Shown: piece after piece, positions 36,878-49,536 of the stretch | Numbering within the stretch: position 1 is the stretch's first letter | How the letters are laid out: each line of letters begins with the position of its first letter | Assembly: GCA_014238055.1 (NCBI GenBank) | Contig: JABABV010000001.1 | Location: 69,368 to 133,367, forward strand | DNA length: 64,000 bases | Reading direction: 5' to 3' | Origin: Mycoplasmatales bacterium | GTDB lineage: Bacteria; Bacillota_I; Bacilli_A; Mycoplasmatales; JABABV01 | Notes under the pieces: generated by a model | Seen by the model: only the letters and a program-made list of their open reading frames with translations | Told to the model about the DNA's origin: nothing | Databases searched by the model: none | Program-made: the position numbers and the translations under genes

Positions 36878-39820
36878 TTAATCTTTTTTTTCTGATAATT
36901 CAATAGCGTCTTTTAATTTAACACTTACCATTTTTGTAATTCCAGCTGATTGCATAGTAGCTCCGTATAAAACTTCCATACATTCCATAGTTCCTGGACG
37001 ATGAGTCACTACTATAAATTGAGTATGTTTAGCGAAATTCTTTAAATAACTACCATAACGAGCAACATTAGCTTCATCTAATGGCGCTTCTGCTTCATCT
37101 AAAATCACTAAAGGTAAATGTCTTGATTCTAAAATGGCAAATAATAACGAAATAACAATTAATGATTTTTCTCCACCAGAAAATAAAGTTAAACTTTTAA
37201 CTGTTTTCCCTGGCGGTTGGGCAATGATTTCGATTCCGCTATCTAAAATATTTTCAGGATCGCTATATTTAAGATCTGCTTTACCACCCGAAAACATAAC
37301 TTTGAAAGTTTTAGCAAAATATAACCTTACATCAATAATCATTTGACTAAATTGTTGAAGCATTAATTCATCCATTGATTTAATAGCTTTTTCAATTTCT
37401 AATTTAGCTGCTTTTATTTCATTTGAATTTTTTAATAAATGATCGTATCTCTCTTTAACTTCAGCATATCTAGAAATTGCATCAATATTTACATTACCAA
37501 TTTTTTCTATTTTTAAAATCAATTCATTTACTTGTTTTCTAGCAATAATAATTTCAATATCTAATTGATAATTCTCAATAGCGTGTTCGAAAGTTAATTT
37601 ATAAACGTTGTTTAAACGTAATAAATTACTATTAATAGTCGCATCTAGTTTATTTATTAAAACTTTTAGTTCTGATGTTTGACTTACTAATTGACGAATT
37701 TTACTATTTCCACTAGTTAATTTTAATTCAAGTTTTTGAACTTCTTGAGCATTAGTTAATAAATTGTTTCTCTGACTTTGAATATTTGTAACTAAAGTAT
37801 CTTTTCGTTTATACAAAATACTTACTTTTTGACGTTCACCATCATTGATATTAACAATATCATTAATTTTGTTTTCACTAATCATTTCATATTTATTAGC
37901 TAGTCTTTCAAAACTTAATAATGATAGTTTGTGATTTTCACGAACTTGAGCAAATAAAGCATACGTTTCTTGGTATTTTTCTTTAACACTTAAATTATCG
38001 TTATTTAAAGTTGTCTTTTCACTATTTAATATCTTAAATTTTTCGACAATTTCCTTTAATTTAACATTATGTTTTTCAATTTCATTCTTAATATGTTTAT
38101 TACTATTAATTTTAGACTTACTAAATCCACCATTAATAGTTCCTCCAGGAAAGATTAAATCACCTTCCAAAGTCACTATTCGATATCGTGATTTTAAACG
38201 CTTACTTAGTTCAATAGCGTTTTTTAAATTATCTACTAAAATAATTCGATTAGTTAAGAAATCAATTGCTTTTTTATATTTAGAATTAATTTCAATTAAA
38301 TTATTAATAAAATTAATAAAGCCTGGGCTATTTTCAATAATAATATTGTCGTCTTCTTTTATATGACGAACGATTAAATTATTAATTGGTAAAAATGTTG
38401 CTTTTCCAGCACGATTACGCTTTAAAAAGGCAACTGCTTTTTGAGCACTATCAGCACTTTGACAAACAATATATTGAAAATTATGTGATAAACAGTTTTC
38501 GATAGCGATTTTATAATCATCTTTAAAATCAATTAAATTCATCAATATATCATAAATACCTTTGAAAGATTCTTTATGTTTCAAAATTATTTTTACACCT
38601 GGATGAAGAAAACTTTTTTCTTTTAAATTTTCATTTAATAATTCTATTTTAGTTTCGATAATATTTTTTTCACGATTAACATTATTTAATTCTTCTTGAT
38701 TATCTTCTTCTAATTTATTTAAATTAATGATTTTATCATTTAATTTAGATAAATTGATTTCGATAACTTTAATTCTTTCTTCTAAAGAATCAATTTTATT
38801 TTTACTACTTTTTATTTCTCTCTCTAAAGTTTTTATTTCTTTTTCATTATTAGTTAAACTACTATTACTAATTTTATTTTTAGCTGATTCTTCACGTCTA
38901 ACTAATTCTATTTCTAAATTTTGAATCGATTCAGATACATGATTAAGCTCTTTTTGAAAATTGTTTATTTCTTTTTCACTATTAAATTTTATTTGATTAA
39001 GAGCATTTAATTTAGTTTCAAGCTTTGTAACTTCAGATTCTAAAAAAGTCTTATCATTATTTAATGTAGTTAATTTTTCTTGATCAACTTTAATTAATCC
39101 ATTAGACTTTTTAATTTCTTGAGCTAATAGAGCAACTTCTATTTTTTCAAGATCTTTTTTATACTTTAAAAATTCACTAGCTTTATTAGCTTGTTTTTCT
39201 AATGGTTTAACTTGAATTTCTAATTCATTTACTAATAAAGAAATTTTTTCTAAATTTTCATTAGTACGCATTAATTTTCTCAAAGATTCTTGTTTATGTT
39301 TTTTGTATTTACTAACTCCAGCAGCTTCATCTAAAAAATCACGTAATTCTTCTGGTTTAGCTTCTGCTAGTTTTGTTACAGTACCTTGCGAAATAATACT
39401 TAAAGATGATTTAGAAATTCCAGCTTCCATAGCTAATTTTTGAACATCTTTTAATCTCGAACGTTCTCCATTTATTAAATATTCTCCTGAACGATCACTA
39501 CGATATATTCTTCTTGTAATCGATATCTCTGCAAAATTTAGAGAAAATCGACGATCATGATTTAAAAATATCAAAGTAACTTCTGCCATATTCATTGGTT
39601 TTTTCAAATCACTACCATTAAAAATAACATCTTCCATGCTATCGCCACGTAATTGTTTGGCTGATTGTTCTCCCATTACTCAACGAATTGCATCATTTAT
39701 GTTAGATTTACCACTACCGTTAGGACCAACAATACCAATTAAATTATTGTTAAAATTAATTGTTATCGGATTAGCAAAAGATTTAAAACCATGTGCTTTA
39801 ATTGTTTTTAAAAAAATCAT
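36878..39820 (-). CDS. smc: Chromosome segregation protein SMC
   Basis: HGFKSFA, GPNGSGKSN, hinge GKATFLP, FSGGEKS, ILDEAEAPLD; 980 aa. Confidence 0.96.
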
Positions 39821-39844
39821 ATGATTACTTCCTCTTGAAGTTTT

Positions 39845-40558
39845 TTATTTATTTATTTTTATACTTATCGATGGTGCTAGTTTATCAATCGCAGCTGTTG
39901 CCGCAGCTTCTTCTGCCATTTTCTTTGATTTACCATAACCTTGACCATACTCGATCCCATTAATAAAAACTTTAGAACTAAAGTTTCCTGATTGAGTATT
40001 AGTATTTTGATAATAAATTTCTGAATTTTTTTGAGATTGTACAAATTCTTGCAATTGTGTTTTACTATGTTTTAAATTATCTAATTGCGTATCTCTAATT
40101 GCTTGATATAGAGTATAATCTAAAAATTTATTAACGTGCTTCATCCCTAAATCTAAAAATATTGCCGCTACTAAAGACTCATAAATATCTTCTAGTAGTG
40201 AAGAAGATTGATTAATTTTATCTTCATTTAAAGCTCCGTGTCCAAGTAAAATATAATCACCTAAACCTAAGTTTTGACTTAGTTGTGATAAAGCGTGTTT
40301 GTTTACATTTTTAGTTCTTATTAAACTCATTTGACCTTCGTTAAAATTTTTAAAATATTTATAAATAAATAACGATGAACACATTTCTATTATTGAATCT
40401 CCTAAAAATTCTAATCTTTGGTAATCGCAATCTTTTTTATATTCATTAGCGTATGAAGAATGCATGAACGCTTCTACATATACATCAAAATTTCGATAAT
40501 TAATTTTTAAACCTTTTAAAAGTTCTCTTATCTTATCTTTTTTAGCCTCAATTTGCAT
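39845..40558 (-). CDS. rnc: Ribonuclease III
   Basis: HSSYANE, QRLEFLGDS, dsRBD KTQLQE...GKSKKMAEEAAA. Confidence 0.96.
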   Translation of the reverse strand: MQIEAKKDKIRELLKGLKINYRNFDVYVEAFMHSSYANEYKKDCDYQRLEFLGDSIIEMCSSLFIYKYFKNFNEGQMSLIRTKNVNKHALSQLSQNLGLGDYILLGHGALNEDKINQSSSLLEDIYESLVAAIFLDLGMKHVNKFLDYTLYQAIRDTQLDNLKHSKTQLQEFVQSQKNSEIYYQNTNTQSGNFSSKVFINGIEYGQGYGKSKKMAEEAAATAAIDKLAPSISIKINK

Positions 40559-40560
40559 AT

Positions 40561-41556
40561 TTATTTAAAACCCTTCTTTAATTCTAATAATAAATTATTT
40601 TTAACAGCTATTTTAGTATTTCGTAATGCTGTTAAAAAACTGATTTCATCACTAGAACCATGTGCTTTTAATACAATTCCATTTAATCCCATAATTAAAG
40701 CTCCATTAAATTGTCTTGGATCGAAATCATCACGTACTTTACGGAAACTTTTACGTAATAAAAGAGCTTTCATTTTAGTACTTCATTTACGTGTTAATTC
40801 TCTTTTAAGCGCTTTAAAAGTCATCGAAGCAGCTGCTTCAATAGCTTTTAGAGCTATATTTGTAGTAAACCCATCACCGATACAAACATCCATTTCATTA
40901 TTAAATAATATTCCTGGTTCAACGTTACCTATAAAGTTAACTTTTTTATCTTTAACTAATAATTTATGAGCATTTAAATATAAATCGGTTCCTTTATGAT
41001 TTTCAGAACCGTTATTTAAAAGTCCGATTCTAGGATTTTTTTCTCCATACATCGCCTTAAAATAAACGCTACCACAAATTCCTAAATTATGAAGATCGTG
41101 GGCATCATATTTAATACTTGCTCCAACGTCTAATAATATCAATGGTTTTGCAGAATTATCATATTGTGGTAAAGTCGCTAATAAAGCTGGTTTTTTAATT
41201 TCTTCAATCATTTTTAATAAATGATAACCAACCGTTACTAATGGACCTGTAGGACCTGCGCTAAGGGCAGCGTCTACTTTTTTATCTAATACTAATTTAA
41301 TTGTTTTATGCATCGATGATTCACGATCTCGACAAGCTGCCAAAAGATTAGATTCCATATTTAAAAAAGTTTTCGCATAACATGAAGTTAAATTAGGATG
41401 CGGATTCTCTTTTAAAAATTTAGTCACGACTTCTTCTAAACCAACTAGAGTTATAATAACATCTTCGTTATTTTGCACAAATTTTAACGCTGCATCTAAA
41501 GCGCTACCTGGAGCGTTGTCTCCGCCCATTACATCTAAAGAAATTCTATATTTCAT
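40561..41556 (-). CDS. plsX: Phosphate acyltransferase PlsX
   Basis: DVMGGDNAP, LLDVGA, GLLNNGSE, DGFTTNIALK, KAHGSS. Confidence 0.93.
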
Positions 41557-41608
41557 TTTTTAAAACACCTCTTTAATTTATTTTACATTAATTAATTTAA
41601 AATATCTA

Positions 41609-41660
41609 AAAAAAATAAAAATAAATTCATTTAATAAAAAGAATTTATTTTTATTTTTAA
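41609..41660 (-). terminator. Terminator-like inverted repeat after fakA
   Basis: AAAAATAAAAATAAATTC...GAATTTATTTTTATTTTT. Confidence 0.55.
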
Positions 41661-41685
41661 AATAATTTTATTAAAATAAAAATTA

Positions 41686-43362
41686 TTATTCAACCCCAAT
41701 GATGAAGTGATAAACTTCTTGATCACCTTGTTTGATTTCAACTTCAACTTCATAATTACTTTCAACAAATTCTTTAATTTTATTTGCTGTTTCAAGATTA
41801 GAATTTACTCCATAAAATAAAGTTATAATCTCTGATTCTTCAGTAATCATTTTCTTTAAAAGACGTTTAATAGTATCGATAATATTATTACATGATACTA
41901 CGATATCTTTTTCAAAAATACCTAAGAATTGTCCTTTTTTAATTTTTACGCGTTTAATAGTAACATCTCGGTTAGCTATTGTAATCGCTGCACTTTTTAC
42001 AGTTTTTATCGCTTGACGCATATTTTTGCGATTAGTTTTGATTTTTTCATTAGCATTAAAATACATTGCCGCTAACATACCTTGCATAATAGTTTTAGTT
42101 GGTAAAACAATTACTTTTGAACGAGTTTCTACCGCAGCAGCTTGCTCAGCTGCTAAAATAATATTACTATTATTTGGTAAAATATAAACCGTTTTAGCAT
42201 TAACTTTTTCAATTGCATCGATAAAATCTTTAGCAGAAGGGTTCATAGTTTGTCCTCCGCCAACAACGTGATTAACGTTAATACTACGAAACTCTTCAAT
42301 TAAACCTTGACCATTAGCTACTGCTATTAAAGCTGCGTCTAATTCAAAATGTTTATTTAAATTTGTAGTATTTTTTTGATCAGCAGTGACTTCTTTATGG
42401 TTTTCTGAAACTTGTAAAGTCATGTTATCAATTTTAATTTTTTGGAAATAACCAATTTTTTGTGCAAAATTCAGAACTGATCCAGGTTTTTTAGCATGAA
42501 TATGAACTTTAATAATATTTTCATCGTTAACAACTACTATTGAAGAACCATATTTTTCTAATTCTTTAACAAATCTAGCTTTATTAAAATTAGATAATTT
42601 TTTAAGATCATCTACGATAATTATAAATTCAGTACAATATCCAAAATTACCACTTAAAGTTTTAGTTTTTAACTCAGCAGCTTTTTCAGCTTTTGATTTT
42701 TGTTGATGTTTAGATATTCAAGAACCGTTATTTTTTATCGGTTTACCAAGCAATGCTTGTTGCATACCTTTAAAAAATAGCATTAAACCATAACCTCCAG
42801 AATCTACTACACCGACATCTTTTAAGACAGGTAATAAATTAGGTGTTTGTTTAACTGATATATCACCAAATTTAATTAATAATTTAAAATAATCTTCAAA
42901 AGTCATCTCAGAAGTTACTTTATCTATTAGAGCTTCACCGATTTGACGAATAACAGTTAAGATAGTTCCTTCTACTGGTTTCATAACCGCTTCATAAGCA
43001 GTTACTCTAGCATTTAAAATTCCAGTATTAAAACTATTTACTGTTAACTCTTCTGTTTTATCAGTTAAAGCTGATGATATTCCTTTAAATATTTGTGAAA
43101 ATATTACTCCAGAATTACCACGAGCACCTAATAATAAACCACGTGAAAATGATTTCATAACACTTGGAACATCTTTCGTGTTATTTTCTATCGCTTCAGT
43201 TGTTCCTGAAATAGCAGTCATTGCCATGTTAGAACCAGTATCTCCATCTGGTACTGGGAATACATTTAAAGAATTAACTTCTTCTTTGTGGTTACTTAAA
43301 TTATTAGAACCAGATTCTAGCATTGATTTCATCAGTTCAACATTAATTGTTTTTAATTTCAT
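41686..43362 (-). CDS. fakA: DAK2-domain fatty acid kinase subunit (YloV/FakA)
   Basis: LNVFPVPDGDTGSNM, GARGNSGVIFSQ, VVDSGG, FGYCTEFII, GGQTMNPS, LPNNSNII. Confidence 0.93.
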
Positions 43363-43544
43363 GAATTCTCCCCAAATATTATTTTATAACATCAAAATTT
43401 TCAATAAATCAATAATTTACTTAATAAAATAATTCTATTATAAGATAAACTACGAACTTAAAAATAAGTTTGTTAATTATACCATTACTTAAATATAAAG
43501 TCAAAATCGCTTAATTTAAGTCGACAATAAATAACTTATTTAAA

Positions 43545-45158
43545 TTAAATTTTATCTTCTATATTAGTCTTTATAATAATTTTTGAGTCTTTATTCAAAC
43601 GTTTAAGTAAATAGGTGGCGAATATGAATGCTATGATGGCGACTAAAATAGTCGTCACCGGACCTTGGAATATTCAATAATAAACAATATTGTTTTTAGC
43701 GTTAGCTATTAGAATACCAAAAAATGACATTAAAATTCCGGCTGCTGATCTAAATACTGATAAAGAGAAAGATCATTTACCGATACCGCAACCTTGATAT
43801 AACGTTAAAGTTCCGAAAAATAGACCCATTAAAGATAAACTAGCATAAGATGATATCGTTCCTTTAACACCATCTTTTATCGGATGTACGTAAACTGTTC
43901 CCGCTAGATGCGCTAGAGGGCTGCTACCGTTTCAAGAAATAATTTGATTATCGGTAGCGTTTTTATATTTATTATATAAGTCAATATTACCTAAATGTTT
44001 TAAAGCATCTAAAAATTGAGCTTTATCATAAATTTGAATTCCATTTTCTTTGAACTTCCAAATCATCAATAACTTATCAGGAATAGAAACTAAAATAATT
44101 GTAACTAATAATAAATAAATAAACATTAAGAAAACTGTTAAATAAAAAGTTTGTTTTACTCTTTGATAATTACGAGCACCATAATTAAAGGAAATGATTG
44201 CTCTACCACCTTGAACGAATCCAAACGCCGGGGGAAAGAGTAGAAATATAATCGGCATGATGCCGCCTAAAATATAAATTCAATATTGTCCGGCATTAAC
44301 TCCATTAGCAAAATGAAGATGAGTTACAAATATATTAGATGTCATTCTAGTTAATGTTAAACTAAAATATCTACTAAAAGGTGTTAGCCCAATTATTATA
44401 ATCATTTTTGAAATTACTGGATCAATATATAAATCACTTAATTGGATACGTAGCTGCGATTCTTTAAATACAAAAACTACTAAAGATAATCCAAGCAAAG
44501 CTTGAAAAGTTTGATCTACTGAAGTAGCGATCGCTGCCCCTTTAATTCCCATATGCATTGGTCCCATAAAAACATAATCTAATAATACATTTAGAAAAGC
44601 AGGTAAAAAAGTAATTACCATCGCCGTTATCGGACGCCCTTCTTGTCTTAAAAAGTTAGAAAAAATTCAAGAAAATATTAAAGGTACAAATCCTAAAATA
44701 ATATATCTATTATAATCTGTTGCTTTTTGAGATGTAATTGCATTTAAAGTTCCGGCACTTTGTCATTTTACAAATTCACCTTGAAAAAATCACATAAAAA
44801 TTGTCATCGTGATCCCAATTAATAAACTTGCTGTGATCGTGTTACCGACTATCTTTCTAGCTAATGTATATTTCTTAGCTCCGATGGCAACTCCAAATCT
44901 CGTTGCGCCTCCTAAAGAAAATAAAGCTCCCATAGCATTCATAAATAAAAAAACCGGACTAGATAGCGACATCGCTTTCAAAGTCGAGGTAGGATCAGAT
45001 ACTAAACTAGTCGCCAATAATCTATCGGCAAAATTATAAAATCCTAAAATTACCATTCCAAAAACTGCTGGTAAACATATATAAAACATCGTCTTTCAAA
45101 TAGATACTTCACTAAATATATATTTTTGTTTATCAGATAAACTCAATCGAATCACCAT
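43545..45158 (-). CDS. MATE family efflux transporter
   Basis: 537 aa, multi-TM; NVLLDYVF...MGIKGAAIAT, ISFNYGARNYQRVK. Confidence 0.88.
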
Positions 45159-45344
45159 TTTTCTATCAGTATAAAATTCGTTAATATTTCATTAGTTATA
45201 TTATACACTTATTAATTTATATTTAATCATATTTAAAAAATAATTAAAAAAGTAATAATTTATATTCAAATTTAGTTAAAAATATGGTATTATTATTCTT
45301 ACGTAAATCAAATCATAAAAAGAGAAAGGGAGGTTTTATTAATT

Positions 45345-45542
45345 ATGGCTAGAAAAGATGATCTAACTGGAAAAGCAGCTCTAAGTGGTAATAGACGTTC
45401 TCATGCTCTTAACTCAACACGTCGTAAATGAAACTTAAATTTGCAAAAAGTTAAAGTTCTTGACGAAAAAGGCAATCCACAAACGTTAAAAGTTAGCGCA
45501 AGAACAATGAAAACTTTAAAAAAACAAGGTAAAATTGTTTAA
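45345..45542 (+). CDS. rpmB: 50S ribosomal protein L28
   Basis: [36 protein letters not shown] (W=TGA); GGGAGG SD. Confidence 0.95.
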
Positions 45543-45561
45543 TTAAAAATAATAATTAACT

Positions 45562-45588
45562 AAAACTACTATATAAGTAGTTTTTTTT
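45562..45588 (+). terminator. rpmB terminator
   Basis: AAAACTACT-ATATA-AGTAGTTTT followed by a T-run. Confidence 0.75.
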
Positions 45589-45649
45589 GTATAATTTTAA
45601 TGAAAAGACTATATTAATAGTTAACTTTATTGAAGGGAATTTGAATATT

Positions 45650-46609
45650 ATGAAGAAAAAAGAAAAAATAAATATTTTAATCAAAGATAAAAAAATCGTA
45701 AAAGATTCTAAAAGTGATAAATACATAATTCAAAAAACTAGTACTCCTTGATTAATTGGTATTGATTTAGATGGAACTTTATTAAACGATAAAGGAATCA
45801 TTTCTAAATATAACGTCGATGCTTTAAATCATTTAATCAGTATTGGTCATAGAGTTGCTATTGTAACTGGTCGACCTTGAAGAGGGACTTTACCAATTTA
45901 TAATCAATTAGGAATTAGAGATGTTATGGTTGCTAATTATAATGGTGGTTATATTCACAATCCCAGCGACCTTTCTTTCGATCCTTTAAGTCGCGTTATT
46001 TCAAAAGAAATTGTTCGTGAAATTTTAACAACTTATAAAAAAGATAAAGAAATCGTCAATATCGTCATGGAAGATAATCGTGCTATCGTTATGCAAAAGC
46101 GTGATATATCAGTTGAAAAGTTTTTCTTCTTTACTAACTTAGCAACTATTTATGAAGGCGATCCTTTAAGATATTTAATAATCGATCCTACTATTTTAAT
46201 TTTTCAAGCTTCTGATTATAAAGCAGCTTTAAGATTAAGACGTGAGTTAGCTTATAAATACAGTAATGCGTTATATATTAGAATTTGACCAGTAGCGGAC
46301 GGAACTTACTTTATCGATATGTCTTGTATTGGCGCAGATAAAGGGACTGCTTTAAAAGAAATTGCAGTTTATTACAATATTCCTTTAACACATACTTTAA
46401 GCTTCGGTAACGACTTTAATGATGTCGAATTAATAACTATTGCCGAACACGGTGTTGCAATGGCAAATGCGGTCGATGAAATTAAAGCAGTAGCTAAATA
46501 TATAACTAAATACGATAATAATAATTCTGGTGTTGGTCGCTATGCAATCAAATTTATTGAAAACCACACGATTGAAATAGAAAACATCAACTTACAAGAA
46601 ATAGAATAA
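45650..46609 (+). CDS. Cof-type HAD hydrolase
   Basis: IDLDGTLLN, VTGRP, YNGG, DKGTAL, FGNDFND, VAMANA. Confidence 0.9.
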
Positions 46610-46646
46610 AAAAATAAAAAGTATTTGATACTTTTTATTTTTTTAT
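46607..46646. terminator. Bidirectional terminator
   Basis: AAAAAATAAAAAGTAT-TTG-ATACTTTTTATTTTTT between convergent genes. Confidence 0.75.
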
Positions 46647-47033
46647 TTAGCACTCATTTATTTCGAAAGCTAATGTTTTGGCACTTGGTCCTAATATAAC
46701 TGTAATTGAATTAGTCATTTCTAAAATACCACTAACTGATTTAAGTGATTTTAGCATTTCTATATCTACTAAAGATTTATCAGTAAAGACAAGTTTTATC
46801 TTGCTACCGTTTTCTTCAGCAGTAGCGATGTTTTTACGACCACCAACGATTTTATAAAAAGAATTTATTTTAAAAGATAACGGTCTTAATTTTTCAACAG
46901 CATTTTTATTACGAACTCTTAAAGCGTGATACATTCCGTAAAATCATAAACCAAATATTGATAATGTAGCTGCAACTAAAACTAGTGTTCCACCAATCCA
47001 AGTTCCTGCACCATTGATTAATAAATTAATCAT
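46647..47033 (-). CDS. Membrane-anchored PTS EIIB-like protein
   Basis: N-terminal TM helix, then IVGGRKNI...KIKLVFTDKSLVD...VILGP glucose-type EIIB pattern. Confidence 0.7.
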
Positions 47034-47847
47034 TTTGTTCTCCCTTTATTTTATTTAATATTAATTTATTTTTTAGATATAAATTTTGTTTTTCATTTAA
47101 ATTACTAATAATTTTTAATTTTTTATCAGTAATTTTTATTTCAAATATTCCTTTATTATCAAATTTGTGATTCAATTCTCAAGGCATCAAGACACCATCA
47201 ACAACAACATTAATATTACTGATAAAATCTGGTTTAAAAGTTGTTACAGAATTATCAGATAATATTAAAGGTGAATTTAAAGTTCGATGCTCGTTATTAG
47301 AGACTGGGGCAACTTCAACCATTTGATAAACTGGCAGACCATTTAAAATAATGGCTCCGTTAATACTTTTACTATAACCAGTAGATCCAATCGGTGTTGA
47401 GAAAGCTAAACCACTACCACGGAAATGTTCTAAAAGATTTTTGTTAATCATAATATCGCCGTTAATAGTAGCTCCATTATCGATAATTCTAACTTCGTTT
47501 AAAGAATAATTAATGAAACTATTATATTTTACTTGTAATAAAATTTGTTCGTTAAAAAATATCTCATTGCTATTAGTAATCTTTTCAACTTCCTCTAAAG
47601 CTGTTTTTTCTGAACAATATGAGAAAAATCCAATTTTTCCACTATTAATTGGTAAAAATACGGCCTTAGAATTATTTTTGAAATAAGTTTGAAACGTTCT
47701 TAAAAAAGTTCCATCCCCACCGATTGAAATAATTAAGTCGGCATCTTCAGTAACTAGATGTCAATTTTTACTATTTAATAATTCGATGATTTTTTTAGCG
47801 ATGATTTTTGAATTTAAATATTTATTATAATAAATAATATATTTCAT
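47026..47847 (-). CDS. nadK: NAD kinase
   Basis: IGGDGTFL, LNEV, FRGSGL, STPIGSTGYSKSINGA. Confidence 0.92.
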
Positions 47848-47883
47848 AATTTAATCTCCAATTAGCAAATTATTTAATAATGT

Positions 47884-48360
47884 TTAGTTTAGTTTACGAT
47901 CTATCTCTAAAGCCATTTTCGAAATTTTGAAATCACTTTCACATAAACGACATTCATCATTTTTTAAAGGACAGTCGTCGCAACTAAAACTAAATTTGCG
48001 TAATGCTTGTGGTAAAAATATTCTAATATCATCTCTATTATAACCAATTTGCATACGATTTTTATCACTATCAACTATAATCGGTCTTTTTAAAATACTA
48101 GGATACTCTTTAATAAATTTAATAACTTGTGAAGTTGTTAAGTCTTCAATTGATACTCCACTATTTTTAAAAACATTTGAACGCACTGAAATAATATCAT
48201 TAAAACCATTTTCAGTTAACATTAAAATTTTCTTCAATTCTCTTTCGTCCATCGTACTTATAAAAATATTCTTTTCTACATAAGGAATATTATAATGTTC
48301 TAGTCAAGCTTTTGCTTTACGGCAAGAACTGCACGAAGGAGTCGTATAAATAATAATCAT
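47884..48360 (-). CDS. spx: Spx/ArsC-family RNA polymerase-binding redox regulator with a Cys-rich tail
   Basis: YTTPSCSSCRKAKAWL, LTENG, PSILKRPII, IGYNRDDIRIFLP. Confidence 0.9.
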
Positions 48361-48502
48361 TTCTTTTCCTCCTATAAAGTTAATTTAATTAAAAAATACT
48401 TTTTAGTTGTTTTTTAACAGTAAAAAATATTATAATAAATATTATAAAAAATAACAAGTATAAAAGATTAAAGAAATTTAATTAGAAAAGAGAGAATATA
48501 AT

Positions 48503-49516
48503 ATGAAAAAAATGTTATCAGGAATCACCGCTACCGGAAATTTAACAATCGGTAATTATTTAGGAGCTATTAAACAGTTTATTGAATATCAAAAAAATAA
48601 TAAAATGTATGTTTTTATAGCTGATTTACACGGTATAACTGTTCCGATAGAAGCAGAAACTTTAAGCAATAATATCAGAAATATTGCTGCTCTTTATTTA
48701 GCTTGTGGTTTAAATCCGCAAAAAACTACTATCTTCGTTCAATCAGATGTAGCTGCTCATGCTAATTTAGCTCATATAATTTTATGTGCCACTACGATTG
48801 GTGAACTTTCTCGTATGACACAATATAAAGATAAATCTAGCAAACAGAAGAAAAATAATAATACTAGTTTTATTCCCACTGGAATTTTAACTTATCCAAC
48901 TTTAATGGTTGCAGATATTTTATTATATAATCCAGATTTAATTCCTGTTGGTCAAGATCAAAAGCAACACGTTGAATTAGCACGTAACGTTGCTGAAAGA
49001 TTTAATAATCGTTATGGTAAAATTTTTACTATCCCTGAATTTATAACACCAAAAATTGGAACTAAAATTATGGCTTTGAAAGATCCTGCTAAAAAAATGT
49101 CAAAATCTGATAAAAATACTAAGAATACGATTTTTCTATTAGAAGACCCAGCAGCAGCTAAGAAGAAAATTTTACAATCATTGACCGACAACGAAAACAA
49201 AGTGTATTACGATTTAGAAAACAAACCTGGTGTTTCAAACTTGATGAACATTATGGCCAGTGTCGATGATATCTCATTGCAAGAAATCACTGATAAATAT
49301 AAAGATTTAGGTTATCGTGAGTTTAAAAATGATTTAGGTGACATCATTGCCAAACTACTTACTAAAATTCAAACACAATATAATCAAATTATTAATAGTC
49401 AAAAATTAGATAAAATATTAGAACAAGGTGCTAATGAGGCTCGCATTGTTGCTGATAAACAAATGGCGATTGTTAAAGAAGCAGTTGGTCTTACATATAA
49501 ACAAAAAAACGCTTAA
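48503..49516 (+). CDS. trpS: Tryptophanyl-tRNA synthetase
   Basis: TIGNYLGA, YPTLMVADILLY, PVGQDQKQHVE, KKMSKS. Confidence 0.97.
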   Translation: MKKMLSGITATGNLTIGNYLGAIKQFIEYQKNNKMYVFIADLHGITVPIEAETLSNNIRNIAALYLACGLNPQKTTIFVQSDVAAHANLAHIILCATTIGELSRMTQYKDKSSKQKKNNNTSFIPTGILTYPTLMVADILLYNPDLIPVGQDQKQHVELARNVAERFNNRYGKIFTIPEFITPKIGTKIMALKDPAKKMSKSDKNTKNTIFLLEDPAAAKKKILQSLTDNENKVYYDLENKPGVSNLMNIMASVDDISLQEITDKYKDLGYREFKNDLGDIIAKLLTKIQTQYNQIINSQKLDKILEQGANEARIVADKQMAIVKEAVGLTYKQKNA

Positions 49517-49530
49517 TTAAGCGTTTTTTT
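49503..49530. terminator. Bidirectional terminator (perfect palindrome)
   Basis: AAAAAAACGCTTAATTAAGCGTTTTTTT between convergent trpS and the YitT gene. Confidence 0.8.
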
Positions 49531-49536
49531 GTTTGT

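Noticed and set aside
36878-39820. SMC about 200 aa shorter than Bacillus SMC
   Set aside because: Short-arm SMC of roughly this size is normal for Mollicutes, and all motifs are intact
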